Notes under the pieces: generated by a model | What the model was told of the DNA's origin: nothing | Seen by the model: only the letters and a program-made list of their open reading frames with translations | Database searches by the model: none | NCBI GenBank assembly: GCA_024704765.1 | Contig: JAKMXF010000301.1 | Location: forward strand, 337,961-401,960 | From: Oopsacas minuta | Lineage: Eukaryota > Animalia > Porifera | Direction of reading: 5' to 3' | DNA: 64,000 bases | Translations under genes and position numbers: made by a program | Shown: positions 12,501-26,150 of the stretch, piece by piece | Numbering within the stretch: the first letter of the stretch is position 1 | Layout of the letters: each line of letters starts with the position of its first letter

Positions 12501-13676
12501 CATTACCAAATTGAATTACTCATTTTCTATTAAACATCCATTTTGGTTGTCGAATACATTATATTGATCAAATTGAATGTTATCCATTTCAGCTCAGTGT
12601 TTTGCCAGATACATCGCGGTATTTTATCACACATTTGCCATCCTAAAAAGGCTATTTTTGTTAGATAAAATACTCATTAATTGATTTGCAAACCTATCAA
12701 AATTAGCATAAATACCTCAAAATAATATCTATTCCATATTCATAATTTATTTCCTAACTAATTCAAAGATGGCCACCCAGATGACTACTGTCAAGAAATG
12801 GAAATTGATGGGGAATGTCAACTTTTCAAAGAATCTTGGACGAATGAATATTTTGTAATAGAGCACAATGAGCCTGATATGTCAAGAGGAAATAACTGTT
12901 TTCAAGGAATACAACGTCAAGCGACATTGTTCTACGAGATATGCTCAACGGTCAGATGAGTATTGATCGAATCAACTCGCTACATGATCGATCAGCAATC
13001 TTTTTTCAAAGCTGCAAGATAAAGTTCTGAGGCAGCTACCAAGGTCAGCTTTTTAATTACAGAAGCCATAGCGAAGAGAGGGAACCATTTTCTGATGGAG
13101 AATTTCTGAATGACTGTTTGGACATATTTATTATACCCTGACAAAATGTCGATGGTAGAGAAAACCACCCTTTCATCTTAGGTAGTTGCTACAAGAGTGG
13201 AGGACCCAGCAATCAATATTCAAAATACTTTTATCAAGAGACTCGGTGCCTGCCAATTTTATAGTCTAGCAATCGATGAAAGCACAGATTTGGTGATAAA
13301 TCTCAACTCGAAATATTTATAAGAGGGGTGACCAAATCTTTCTATAGTGCAGTATGAAAAGCATTTTGCCCTCATTTGAATTCTAAGAAATGAATTTGAA
13401 TAAAGGTTTGCGGAACAATGTGATGCACTTAAACTGTTTTCGGATCCATTTAGGATTGATGCCAATGATGCTTATACCATGTTCCAATAGGAACTAATTG
13501 ACATTCAAAGTGACAGGGCTTTCGCTGAACATGAACGCCAAACATTTTATCATAAATATGTTACGACAGCGTCCTATCCAAATATCTCGCAATTTGCACT
13601 TCGTTCCATTGCCTTGTTAGGCAACATATTGCTGCGAATAGTTGTTTACAAGAATGAAAAACGTTAAACGAATAAT

Positions 13677-15923
13677 CAGGGTTGGCAGGTTTTGTCCATG
13701 TGGTAAAAACCGTCCTGTCCAAAACCTCCTGACTGGATAAAACTGGTCAAAACCTAATTTTAGTACTAGTGCATGTTACTTGTATATTTTATATGCTGAA
13801 TTAATACTTGTTGATAGTAAGAAAAATATAACAATACATTGATGTTTAATTAACCTATATTCGTTACCACTTTAATTCTTGGCATCCTCTCAATTCTCTA
13901 TAACAAGCTACTAATTTGCTCGCTTTATCGATTCCCAATCTGGTCCGTAGTTCTGTTTGAATTAAACCAAAATTCGAGAAAATCCTTTCAATACTTGCGG
14001 AACTTGACGGTAGGATTAATAAATTGATAGCTATATCACAAAACTCATCAGCTACTAAGTTTTTCGATTTTTTAATGGCCTTCCACCAAGTTACTGGATC
14101 TAATGCATCTGTGCATTCAAATATAGATGCGGGAAATGGTGCTTCTTTTGCCTGAAACTGATAAAGTTGCGGCAAAAGAGAAGCATTTAGTTGAATAAGC
14201 AAACACCTCGCTTCTTCTTGTTGTTCACATGAAAGCCTCTGCGCCATGTACTTCGGATTGATCATGTTGGCTAGGAAGTGAGTAGGTATGGTTGCTTGTT
14301 TGAATCGTTTCTGAATTTTGCCTAGGTGACTTTTCAGCTCGTCTAACTGGATTAATTTCATCAACTCTTCGCAAGAATCTGCAATGTTAGACTTTTCCCC
14401 TTGTAACCTGCCCAATGATGTTGCAATCGGTTTGAGTTGGTCATAAAGATTTTTGGCCTCACGATAAAGGTCAACGTTGTTGATTAGATTTGCAATAGAC
14501 AAGTCGATAACATCTTCATGTTGTGCCAGAATGTTCAAAAGGAAAGGCCTATTTGTCAGGTATGTCTTGATACACTCCAATTTACTATTCCATCGTGTCA
14601 CGACTGGTAATTGAGGTTTAAGGGATCTCTTTTGTGCAGATAGGAGGGCTCCAGGATTGTGATGGTTGCGGAAATATTTATTTTATCTCTGTAATATGAG
14701 AAATAATTTGCGAAGGGGTGATATCCTTCCCCAACAGGTTCAATAAATGCGATGCACAGTCGTATACTGAAAGTGAGCTGTCAAGCAGTTTCAACTTTGA
14801 GCGCATTGACTGCATTTTTTGTTCATTGTCAGTAACGACAGCAACAACTTTACACCCAAATTTATCAGTTGCTTCTTTGGACGCTTCAATAGCTAAAGAA
14901 GTACAATAAGTAGCAGTTTTCTTGTTTAATCCAGTGTCAACAGAATTCAGAAAAAAAATCTTTCTCCTTAATGTACACAATGGGCAATTACAGGGGAGTT
15001 GTGTATGTCACTCCATCCATCCTGTACTAGAGTAACATCCTTCCCTTCCAGAGCTGAAGCAGTCATGGTGGTTACTTCATTAAATGTCTTGTCAAGAAGA
15101 CCTCCAGCTAGACTTTTCCTTGTAGGAGGTGTATAACCAGGTCTAAGCATAGAAATTGTCTTTTTGAATACGTCATTCTCAGCGAGGTTAAACGGAAGAT
15201 TACAAGCATAAAATAAGCGAGCAATTTGATTGTCAAGAGTTTCTTTCTGGTGAGAGCTGGTCTTTATTGTGAAATCATTCAACTTTGGTTGAATGATCTT
15301 ATGACATACACGTTTTTCTGGTGGTATAGTTGTGTCACTACTGTTAAAAGGTACTAATATTTCAGGAAGGTCGTCTTTAGGAAAATTATTTTGGAGTTGG
15401 CTTTGAGAGCATTTTTCAAGATGAGTTCTAAGCCTCCCAGCCTTTGCACTGATCATAGCACTACATTTTATACACTTCGCTCGTATTTTTCCACCATCTT
15501 CAACTTTGATGAAAAATTTCCATACTGAATCAATGGGCCTTCCTCCTTGTGCCAGTTTAAACTGGTCAATTTATGTAAGTAAGATATACAATCTGCACGA
15601 TAGTAGTCAATTTCTATAATATCACAAATGCTTTGGATAATTATACCCGTTTAGAAAGTATATATGTACGAATACTTTATTAGTATATTAATTGGTTGAA
15701 ACCACACATTTTATGATCACTTTACTGTTTCATTGTAAGCCAGTGTCAATAGTATAATCCCAAAGCAAAATAAGATATCAACAAGTAATATAGGTATTCT
15801 TATTATTGAAGGGTATAGAATTGACCAGTATTGCCCGGTTTTGACCAGTTTTGGCCGGTAAAAACCGGGTTTTTCCCACTGTCCGTCCAAAACCAGTTTT
15901 GGACCGGGCAAAACCCAACCCTG
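13677..15923 (-). mobile_element. hAT transposon (BED finger + DUF659-type core + hAT dimerisation domain)
   Basis: TIR CAGGGTTGG / CCAACCCTG, 8-bp TSD CGAATAAT/CAAATAAT (7/8). Confidence 0.92.
13864..15555 (-). pseudogene. hAT transposase, nearly complete, broken into three ORFs
   Basis: BED finger VWKFF..CIKC..HLEKC, VQDGWSD, VVTDNEQKM, CASHLLNL, VTRWNS, SSASIERIFS. Confidence 0.88.
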
Positions 15924-16633
15924 CAAATAATAGATCTAAATTGACAGACAAACATCTTACCGGAATACATCGTATGGCAACATCAAGTGTACCGACAGAT
16001 ATTGACCACTTATGCAAGCGAAAACAATGCAAAAAATCTCATTAAATTTCAAGAGTAAAGTAATATATAGTTATAATTAAACTTTCATTTAATTAATTGC
16101 AAAAAATATCAGTTCATATTTATTCATCGGGACTTTATGTGAAAGTAAGTTGGAATGTGGTCACTTGTTCAAAAAGGTTGAAAACCCCTGAGATAGATCC
16201 ATTCCTTAATAATCCTTATTGCCTTATGCTACATTTCGTAAAAGTGAACCTGTACCAAGTTCAACGCAAAATTTCTATTTAGGAAGCAGTACCGAATCAG
16301 TATGAAATGAATCTATAATACTCTATGCTGTCACTGCACCTAATGCGTAACTAAGTCGATTAACCTTTTAAACCAAAGCTAGTCAAACTTTGTTGCAGGG
16401 ACTTAATATCCAAAATGTCAGATTTTGGAAAGTTTAAACTATCGAAGACGGTTGGTGAATCATTGAATGAGTTTGACAAATAATTATATTTACTCTTATA
16501 TAGTTGGTCAAATTTATATTAATCTTGACATTATCATTATGCGAACTCCCTAACTTGTGTAGTATAAATTGTAATAAAGTATAAACAACAATTGTTTATT
16601 CGAGTCTTGCTTATACCCTGATGTAAGTACACG

Positions 16634-17141
16634 CAGTGCCGGATTTAGGTATGTGGGGCCCTGTTCAAGGGCATTTCCCTGAGCCCCCTGAAGCCAATTC
16701 AGGGCTGTCACGGTTGGTCCACCTGTCCCCATTCCTCATTTTAGAATGCTTGTGTTCATTTATTCCAATTTTGCAAATGTAAAATTCAACCCTATATCTA
16801 GTACCACCCTAGCCGGAGGCCTATTTCGCCCAGTGGCAGAATCGCAGGACTTGTCTTGACCTCTAATTATATAGTTGCACATAATATATCATGAACATAC
16901 AAAAACCAAAATTACTCTATAAGAACACTCTGCGTGCTTTTCTGGACGCTTATGGGCAGATATAATAGAGAATGTGAAAATAGCTTATGAATTTGATGTG
17001 GACAACTCAAAAGTTTCTAGTATAAGATTTATTGTTCATTAAAGTAGAATTACAGTGTGTATAAAATTAATGACGTTGAGCTGTGGGGCCCCCCTAAATG
17101 GGGGGGCCCCGTTCGGCCGAACACTCCTAAATCCGGTACTG
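16634..17141. mobile_element. hAT-type MITE (508 bp), second copy of the 6068 family
   Basis: TIR CAGTGCCGGATTTAGG / CCTAAATCCGGTACTG, TSD AGTACACG/AGTGCACG (7/8). Confidence 0.88.
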
Positions 17142-17627
17142 AGTGCACGCACACTAGTGTTGGTGCGCTTTGAAGTATGCCAGTGTGCGTGCAGGCACGC
17201 TAATTAAGCTCCGTCACAGCAACATATAATCAAATTTAGATTTATCAAAATCTATCAATCCGTAAACTACGTATATAATTTCATGGCACTGGTTCAGAAA
17301 ATAGAACAGGTAAATGTGACCAGGCCGACTAATGTACAGGGTGACTATGATAATTGAGAATCAGCTCATTTTTGCCCGAAAAATTGTATTGAATATTTGT
17401 AGAAGAACAAATAGTCAAAAAATGATATGCAGGTATTACCGAATAATAATTGGATTTTTTTAAAATAGTTGAAGCATATATAATATATAAATCTCAATAC
17501 ATTTATAAGAAATATTCTCAGGTATTGTAAAGAATTTTTAATCGAGAGTTCACTTTAAGATGCAGGAATATATCCTTATGTATCTGTAATATATCTAGGA
17601 ATCTGAAAATATTCTCAAAGGAAACGA

Positions 17628-18866
17628 TTAATCGACAATCTGAAGATCAAATGATTGTGTAAACCACTGAGAATAGTTTTTACGAACCATTTCCAAAACA
17701 ACATTAACTTCTCTACATATAGAACTGATATGTTCATCCCAACAATCAAGAGAATTTGAACCATGAAACTCCAATTTTGAATCAATTTGATCAATGGATC
17801 CTATCATTCGCTGTTCACTTATCATATGTGAGGCAATCTTCTCAGCCTTAATTGGGAGAATTCCTAACAATTTTCCAAGTTCATTGAAACTGATATTTTT
17901 ATATATCTTGGAAACTGCAAGTAAATTATGTTCAATTATAGCCCTCTCTAAAATAGTGGTACCATCTAGGCTAGGGCCTTTTTGATGAGATAATAAAGTA
18001 GCAGCAAAATCCTCCAATTCGTTAGCGTGAATAATCCTATCTAAATACATTTTTTCCAAAACAATGAATTCGGGGATGCGTAAGCTACGTTCGTCTTTGT
18101 AAAATGATGTAAGAATTCTAGATCTTTGTAATCCAGCAGATGCTAATATGGCACAAACTATCCCTCTACGAAGAGAAAAAATTTGATCACCAGGATCAAC
18201 AGAACTATTAAAACTCAAATATAAATATTTCCGAGCAGAATCTAAAAAGCGACGTTTGAAATCCAACATTCCAGCAGAACATTTTTGATAGCGAACTAAC
18301 AGTGTAGGTTGTGAAATTTCACAAAGTAAATGTCCAGCACGAGAGATATAAGTTTCAGCTTTTGTAGATAACTTGTCATCCAAGTATAGCTCTGCTATTT
18401 GTAGGTATATATCCATCTTAAATTCAGAAGAAATGTGCTTCTGATTAGATTCGAGTGGCATATTTTGTAACACATTTGCCGCTGAAGAAAAATTTCCTTC
18501 TTCTTTTAACAGTTTCGCTAGATATTTGCGTAATTCAATCAATGGTTCTCCGAATGAAACAGTTCTTGGATTTAGTTTTTCAATGGCGCAAGTAAGAATT
18601 TTCTTAGATACATTAGTGTTGAGAGGTGCTAGAGTGTCAATCAAATGAAGAAAGAAATATCGAGAAATGCAAAGGCTATATTGCTCCTCAGCCATTATAG
18701 AGATAAATTCCTCAAATAGAGGATAAATTTGTTCAGATAAACAATCATGAAGTTCTCTTTCCATTAAGGCAATCAATTCAGAACTCTCACGATTAATTTC
18801 ACCTTGTCTCTGAGTTATTTGCAGAATAGTTGATTCAATTCGAAAACGTAAAGATGTGAAATCCAT
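17628..18866 (-). CDS. COPS4: COP9 signalosome complex subunit 4 (412 aa from first ATG, intronless)
   Basis: [84 protein letters not shown] (PCI domain). Confidence 0.96.
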   Translation of the reverse strand: MDFTSLRFRIESTILQITQRQGEINRESSELIALMERELHDCLSEQIYPLFEEFISIMAEEQYSLCISRYFFLHLIDTLAPLNTNVSKKILTCAIEKLNPRTVSFGEPLIELRKYLAKLLKEEGNFSSAANVLQNMPLESNQKHISSEFKMDIYLQIAELYLDDKLSTKAETYISRAGHLLCEISQPTLLVRYQKCSAGMLDFKRRFLDSARKYLYLSFNSSVDPGDQIFSLRRGIVCAILASAGLQRSRILTSFYKDERSLRIPEFIVLEKMYLDRIIHANELEDFAATLLSHQKGPSLDGTTILERAIIEHNLLAVSKIYKNISFNELGKLLGILPIKAEKIASHMISEQRMIGSIDQIDSKLEFHGSNSLDCWDEHISSICREVNVVLEMVRKNYSQWFTQSFDLQIVD

Positions 18867-19549
18867 CAATATAAAAATTCGTAAGTGCAAAATCTAATTC
18901 GAGCAAATAATTATATAAGTAACATCAAGAAATGAAATCAAGTTAAAAGGGGAAATCAATCGACGATAAAAGTATCATCAAGCTACTCACAGGCATGAAA
19001 AAGAAAATTTCAATAACTTTGTCAGATGTATTCAAAATATTAAAAGATTCGGGAAAGTAGCACAAACTATATATTGATTCAATTCAAAAGGAACGGATAG
19101 GGAACTTGCGGTATAAATGGTCAAAGGATAAAGAAAAGCGAAATTCGCCAGAAAATGTCAAAATTATTGAACTGGTAAGTGTGAGTTAGGATTCCTTACT
19201 GAAACAAATGTAAATTCAGTTCAAAATATATTATTGCAATGTAAGATATCAGAAACTTGAAAATCAAAGGCAGTTTCGAGGAATGCAGCAATAACAAAAT
19301 TGATCACTTAAAATAGTTAAGAAATTTCATTTCACATTCTAGACCGGTTTAAGGCATTTTGTGAGTATAAAAAATGAAAATAGATTAAGAAACAATTTCA
19401 AAAGTCTTTCAATAGGAAAGCTCCGGTAGATATTAATATTGGTAGGCTGGTCCTTGCTGTGAAATTGAACGGGAAGATTAGGATTGGGTGAGTTCAAACA
19501 TAAAGCTAAGAAAGGGAGGGATGATATGCAAAGTGTATGGTTCATCTGC

Positions 19550-20837
19550 CAGGGTTGACAAGTTTACCCACCCCCGGAGTAAAGCCGGTTTAAACCGGAC
19601 TGGGGAAATCCCCGTTCGTGAGACTTAGAGTGGGTTAAGCCTGATTAAATTTTTTACTAATTTTTGTCAAGATGTATTAATTTGGAATTTATGTTCAATA
19701 CCCCCAATCATGGCGCCAAACTCGGGTGATATGCCCTTAATTATATAATTAACTATTGTAGCAAAAAATTGACGTAAAAACAATGAAAATTCTCAAAGGT
19801 TCGAATATTTCTGACCTGTTTACAGTAGCAAATATAATGCGTGTTTGCTTCATCCCTCACTTTGATAAATTTCTTATATTAGATTATCATATTCTTAGAA
19901 GTTTGCGAAAAGACTTTTAAGTGAGATTCAATAGAGACATCCAAGGTGGATAACTAGAAATACTAAATCCACCCAGTTTAACCAGGGTTAAACTACAACC
20001 TTATCGACTGTAAATTCGTTCTGCCGAAAGTGCACTGTTCCTGAAATATATGCTCCAGCAAAATAATACATCACTCGCTCAACAAATCACGGTCCAGAAA
20101 AAAAATTACCTTAATGTACTATAATGCTATGATTATTTAGTTAGTGCTGTTAGCACACAAAAAAGGCCAAATTGTGGACATTGTGATAAAAGCATGAAAC
20201 TTATCAGAGTGATATCAGTATTGACATAGACAGCCATATTCATAGGCGCCAGAACTCAATTTGGTCAGGGTGAGTTAAACACATGTAACCCCAAATATTT
20301 ATTAGCGAATTTAGGATACAATTTATTGTGCTTACTAACAAATCTAATCTATAAAATATATGATACTACAAGTCTTAAATACAAGAAGTTTTCTATATTT
20401 CTGATGGAATTGCGAAGGTTATTTCCCTTATTTGATTTTTAGTGAGAACTTCTACAGGAATTTCATTGAGAATTTATTTATCAATATGACCGATCATAAG
20501 GGCATGCATGCGATCGTGACTCATTGTTGTCCTCAAAACTGATTTAAAGCAGAAAAATTCTGCTTACATTTAACTGATGTTACGGACATTGTTAATAGGA
20601 TTCGGAGTAAAATAGATATCTGAGGTCACCATGCCACATTGTTATCCTTAAAAGTAGTATTCTAGTCATATTCGATAACACTTGCCACATAACCTCAATA
20701 GGTAATGCTAATAAAAAGTATAACACTTATATTTAGAAAACAAATTTCTGGGGATAAATGCAAGTAGAGTAATTGACAAGTGGCAATCAATATTTATCTC
20801 GGCAATGAACAAATCAGAGTGAGTAAAACCAACCCTA
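19550..20837 (+). mobile_element. Possible highly degenerate hAT remnant with an internal MITE-like insert
   Basis: CAGGGTTGAC.. left end, ..AACCAACCCT right-end candidate, CGHC BED-like relic ~20170. No TSD. Confidence 0.3.
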
Positions 20838-21737
20838 AAAAATATCAAAGTCGATCAAAACCATCTTACCCACCTTGTTTGGCGCCCCAGGCCTTATTGG
20901 GTACGGGGGCATCTATAGTATTATTCCCTCAAACACATACATTGAAATGAGTTATTTTGTCCATTTGATTGCACTGTCAAAAACGACAAAATAACCGGGC
21001 CACCAATTTGTAGATTTTCACAATTCTGTGTAATTATTAGTACTATTAAACTAGTTTCATTCTCTACAGCCCTACATCAATTAGCCCCAATGAGCTGACA
21101 TTTGTGTACCATTATATCAGTACGTTCAATATGTTACACAAATGTACTTGGGCAGGGTCATTGGTGAGGTATCCAAATAGTTGATGCACACCCTCATTTT
21201 CTGGTTACTATAAATGTAAAATTACGAATGTTTCAATGCAGTCAGAAGTCGTTTAGGGATCCCAATTTAATATAATATAACTTTGTGGATTAATATATAT
21301 AATTTTCGAATGTCAATTGTCCGAGGCAATAGAGTTACTACTAACAATTTCGATTATGGTGATATCCCATTAGAGTACCTATTCGTTTCGTAACAAAATT
21401 CCAACTTCAATTTACTAACTAAAATGGCGAGGATCATGGATATTCGAAAATTTTCAATGACAGTTCACACAACAATATTTTATGAAATTAAGCGACTCCT
21501 AAGCGACGTCCGATTGTATTGAAATTTCATAGGAGAAATATTACATGTAAAGTAACCAATATAAGAGATTGGAAATCAACTTTGTAAAATTGGGTCTGGT
21601 TGGTTCACATTTTTTCAACTATTTCACTAGTTTTCATTCGAAATATTCATTTCCAACCGTATCAAAGGAAATTCAATTATACTATTATTCCCGCAATTAA
21701 TCTACTACAGCTAGGATCCGCTTCATGGGGCCAGGTA

Positions 21738-21886
21738 CAGGCTTGTCAAAAGGTCATGCCATTTTCAGGTCAATGACATGAACTTCACGTGGTTGTCTTG
21801 AGACCAGACATGTTTTGAATTGTATGAAATATTTTCCATGATGGCCTGACATTACCTAATTATGTGGGGACCTTTTGACAAGCCGG
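21738..21886. mobile_element. Mini-MITE (~150 bp)
   Basis: Inverted ends CAGGCTTGTCAAAAGGTC / GACCTTTTGACAAGCCGG. Confidence 0.6.
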
Positions 21887-21953
21887 GCATGGCAGAACTT
21901 TGGGAGGGCACAGCTAGTCAAAATACATGAAATTTTCAAACTAATCCGTTATA

Positions 21954-22480
21954 AAGTGGAAGCCGCTTAATCGGGCACCTGAGGAGTCAACGTTATGTCC
22001 CGGTTAACGGATTGTCCTGATTAACCGATCATGAGTATTTGTGTATTCAAAATAATTTTTGTGGTCACATTACCAGAAATTCTTAATTAGCAATAAAATA
22101 TAATGGCTATGGGTCTAGTGAAGATGAGTCATTGTAGTATGCATATAAAGATAAGGTGGCATATACCATGCAAATTCCTGTCAGAACACAAACTATTTTA
22201 CAAGTGATTCTGATTTAAATTTCGATTTAATTAAAAACTTGTAATACCATAACTAGAATCGCTTAAATGGGATTGAAATCCAAATTAGCAAGTATTTATC
22301 TAAATATTCGGTTTCTCTGGATAGTAGTCCAGAATATGAGCGATAATAAGCTTCAAAATAATTTGTAATCGGGAATTCTTATTCTGATTAACCGATTTGA
22401 TCCCCCAATTATCCGACGATATTTATATATAGAAAATCTGTTCCCGTATATGCGGATATCCCGATTAAGCGGCTTCACTG
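21954..22480. mobile_element. pogo/Tigger-derived MITE (527 bp)
   Basis: TIR (C)AGTG(G)AAGCCGCTTAATCGGG at both ends, TA flanks. Confidence 0.75.
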
Positions 22481-23104
22481 TAGAATGAAAAATATTCAGA
22501 GGGACCAACCGGTAGTTTTGAGGTGTTAGGCACTCAGCGCTACGCCCATCGGGTCGTTATTGTGAACCTCCCAACGACCTAAAATCTTTTGTATATAAAG
22601 AGAATGAATATATAGCGAACTGAATAAAGTACGAAGACTATGAGAGATATTTTATGGGATAATCGACTGGTTAAGAATAAGAGGATGTTCATAATAAACG
22701 GGTCTACATTACCTCACAGTCACTGTATTGTAGTTAAACATTTAGCATTTTAATCAAATACAATGAGGGTGACATAATTCGAACATGTTTCTTATACCCC
22801 TTCAGGTGTCCCTATAGAATTATTGCCATAGTCCATAATCCTCGTACTGACTACTAGTATGTAGACTTGGTTAATATGAAGTATAACATATATTATAAAA
22901 AAGAATTTTGCTACCTTGGGGATACACAATAAGCGACGCTGACTGTATGGTGAATAACTGTGTAATTTAAAAAAAGAGTACATTTACAGTTGATGGGCCG
23001 TATTCAATAATACCAGAGAAACATCGAGAAACTAGAGGCTCCCCGAAATATTTAAGCGGGACTCCCCCATGAATATATATGCATTACTTTCTAATATATA
23101 TTTA

Positions 23105-23443
23105 TTAATTAACATCAATTTCGAACTTTTGTAAAATAGTTCTACAAATAGAATGTATAGACTCCAACCCATCTTGCAAAACGAAAATTGGTGAAACACT
23201 CTTATCTGTTTGAATTCGAATATTAATCGTATTCAGTGAAGGATGGGGTACACAATAACCACAGAATTGAACACACTTCCAATTGAGAATAACACATCTT
23301 ATAGCATTCCCGAGGGTATGATCCTCGCATTTCATGATAAAGGTCATACAAGATGTTAAATCGTTTGAGTCAGAAATAAATTGGCAAGAAAAGCAAGAAT
23401 CCCCTTTGTTATTCAAAGCTTGTATAGAAGAAGTGTGCATCAT
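23105..23443 (-). CDS. POLR1D: RNA polymerase I/III subunit RPAC2 (AC19), ~112 aa, intronless
   Basis: EDHTLGNAIR..VQFCGYCVPHPS..INIRIQT. FCGY/HPS/INIRIQT favour AC19 over RPB11. Confidence 0.88.
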   Translation of the reverse strand: MMHTSSIQALNNKGDSCFSCQFISDSNDLTSCMTFIMKCEDHTLGNAIRCVILNWKCVQFCGYCVPHPSLNTINIRIQTDKSVSPIFVLQDGLESIHSICRTILQKFEIDVN

Positions 23444-24022
23444 CGATATCCTATACAAAGACAAGGCAAAATTAGAAATAATTATAATTGTATATACATA
23501 ACAGTGTTTGGAAGTGCTATACTGCAATGCTCACTAATAATTTAAATACTCTGTAGGGGAAGTAGTTCAGGTTGAAATCGGGTCGGATTGAGTTTCGGGC
23601 TCAGTTCCAAAACAATTTTTGGAATTTTAGATAGGTTCCTCTATTTCACATAAACAGAGATGTAGACGTCTGAACTCGACAGCGATCCAGACAAGACCGG
23701 AAGAATGGATCAGTTTTAACTTATGCAGAGCACACTAAACATCTTTCAGTACCAGGGATTAGATAAATGAGTAATTACCAAATTAGCACTATGCTCCCGA
23801 AAATGCCCAACTTTGAAGCTCTGTTAACGTTGAAATATATCATTTTCGATCCCAGAAGTTTTACAGAGTAATCTAGAGGTTTTCACACATAATATCAAAA
23901 TTTAGTGATGATAAAGTTCGCAAGTACCAGAGTTATAGTAGTGACCATGGATGGCTCATTTTGGCAACTTTTATAACGGTCAAATAATCCTGTTATTGTA
24001 TCGTCGTACTATCCTCTTACAC

Positions 24023-25683
24023 CAGTGGTCGGCAATTATGTTTTACTAATACCCCATTTCAGAGCTCAGAGCATCACCGTTACCCCGAATTCAGGAACTA
24101 TATTAATAAACACAAATAACAAGCTGTTTCATTTATAGACGAGACAACCTGAGTAAAACTAATGAATCTAATTCTTTTTTAGCATGTAGTTCGTTGTCTT
24201 CGAGGTACTTCGCGAGATGGCTGAAAGATGCAATCTTCCCTCCCACAGCTCTCATTGTCCAAAGCTCGAGTTTTGCTTTAAATGCACAAATCTTCTGATT
24301 AATCAGAATAATGCTATGATTTGGACCTTGTAGACTAGTGTTGATTTCGTTCAAGTGCCCGAAAATCCACTAAATATGCAAACCGAGACAGCCACATGGT
24401 CTCTTGAAAGTGGGTGGCCAGGCAGTGCTTCTTGTCCGTCGAAAATATTAACTTCAGCCTCAGGATCTAAAGTCTCTCCAGGGCATTGCCACGTGACAGC
24501 CACCGTATCTCACTGTATAAGAGCAAAGTAGAGTACTCCGAATTTGCGGAACATCGGGTGGTTAGTGGCTGGGCCTTGATCAAGTTGATGATCTTGGTCA
24601 CATCTTTCATTAATTGTTCCAGATCGGGTCCAATGCGTGTTGGCGAATCATGCAATGTGTAGACATGATTCTTGAGTTTTCTCTCTCACTAGGGCGACAA
24701 ATCCCGTTTATCCCAACCATGGCTGGAACTCCGTCGGTTGAAACTGCAATGCAATCAGTCCAGTGCAAATCAACATCTGTCGATGTAAAAAATTTGTCAA
24801 TCATGTTGAAAATGTCGACACCACGGGTTGTAGTTTCCAGCGGGCTGTAGAACAACATTTCTTCTCCGATCCTGCATTCATCTCGTTATCTGACATATAC
24901 CATGAGCTGGGGATCGCTCCCGACGTCCGTAGTTTCGTCCAATTCTATTGCAACTGTCGACTCTTCTTTATGGAAATGATCAACTGTTCCTTGATGTTCT
25001 GTGCCAACACGTCCAACCTCTTCGAAACCGTCTTTGCTGACAATGGAACCGTCCCAAGTTTCGCTGCTTGCTCCTTCCCACACATCATTTCTGTCATCCT
25101 TGTTGCAACCGGCTTGATTAGTTTCTCACCAATATTGTGCGGCTTTTTTGCACGAGCTATAAGCCATGCGACTTCCAAGCTTGCTCTTAAGGAGTTCCGC
25201 TGATCAAATGTCACTTTTGGCATGAGATCCAGCCTCTGTTTTTTCACTTGACTTCCCTTATGGGCGAAAAGTTCCTTTGGCATGTCCGCAAGTTATGGGT
25301 GTTTGTTGCGCAGATGATTTGAGGGACTCCGGACACAGCATAGCCATACAGATGACGCACTGCGGCTTTATGACTCCTTTTTCGGTTGTTGCGATGAAGC
25401 CATACTCCAAGAATTCGTCTTTGAATACACGCTTTCTAGAATTTATCATGCTGCAAAAGGAGATTAGAAGAAAAATTGAGCAAGATATATCAATACACAC
25501 GAATTGATAAAAATTATTGTTACTATTATTATATTATTAATTACAGCAATTTTGAATTGGCTGCACTCATTTTCTAGGCACAAAGTTCCGTTCATACTAT
25601 TTTATTTCGGATAAGTCTCGTTACCCCCAGTAAACCTGAAATTACCCCCGATGAGGTAATTTACCCCTAATTGCCGACCACTG
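24023..25683 (-). mobile_element. Buster/Charlie-type hAT (ZBED8/FAM200-like), internally deleted
   Basis: Perfect 16-bp TIR CAGTGGTCGGCAATTA and perfect 8-bp TSD TCTTACAC. Relics KPQCVIC, KKPHNIGEKLIKP, IELDETTD, VSTDGVPAM, THCMIR, EIRWLS. Confidence 0.93.
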
Positions 25684-26010
25684 TCTTACACTAAGGCACT
25701 GCAATGAATGCACTATGGATGGATTAATGCCGTTAGTTGATTAGGTTAAATTGTGTTTAGCATCAATTATAGCATTCTAATACGCAACAATGGAAGGATC
25801 GGAATATGTTTTTGACTATGTTAACCCAATATAACCTAATCTAACCTCCTAGACTAAATTTGAAAATTAGATTGTTATCTATAATTATAAGGTAATTTAC
25901 AAACAAATCAGCAAATCAACAATCACAAAACCAAAATTCATACACTGATAAAGTAGTACAGAATATCTAGCAGTATCTAAATTGTAATGAATAATGCGGT
26001 TAGTTAATAG

Positions 26011-26150
26011 TTAAAATGCATCAAGAATGTTGTATGAGGTTAATTAAGTACGCATCTAGTCAAAATTCATTAGGTTTAAGTACCCATCAAGTAAATCTTC
26101 TGTAAGGTTAAGTACACATCTAGTAAACTTCATCGAGGTAAGTACACATA
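26011..26150. repeat. Imperfect ~30-33-bp tandem repeat (4-5 units)
   Basis: Recurring TAAGTAC-CATC-AGT...AGG unit. Confidence 0.6.

Larger units (their letters stand above)
12210..16190 (+). mobile_element. Degenerate Charlie/GTF2IRD2-like hAT element, interrupted by a younger hAT
   Basis: Ends CAGGAGTTTCCAAC / GTTGAAAACCCCTG, flanks AGTTAGAA/AGATAGAT (6/8). Relics FKESWTNEYFV, YSLAIDESTD and C-terminal RSKLTDKHL..CKKSH. Confidence 0.75.

Noticed and set aside
18867-18890. N-terminal extension of COPS4 in the ORF track
   Set aside because: It comes from a TTG start. The first ATG (18866) gives a normal-length CSN4.
18940-19180. Exon-like plus-strand stretch ending in GTAAGT, divergent from COPS4
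   Set aside because: In-frame TAG and no recognisable domain.
26011-26150. CRISPR-like array
   Set aside because: Units are contiguous and degenerate with no unique spacers, there are no cas genes, and the context is eukaryotic.
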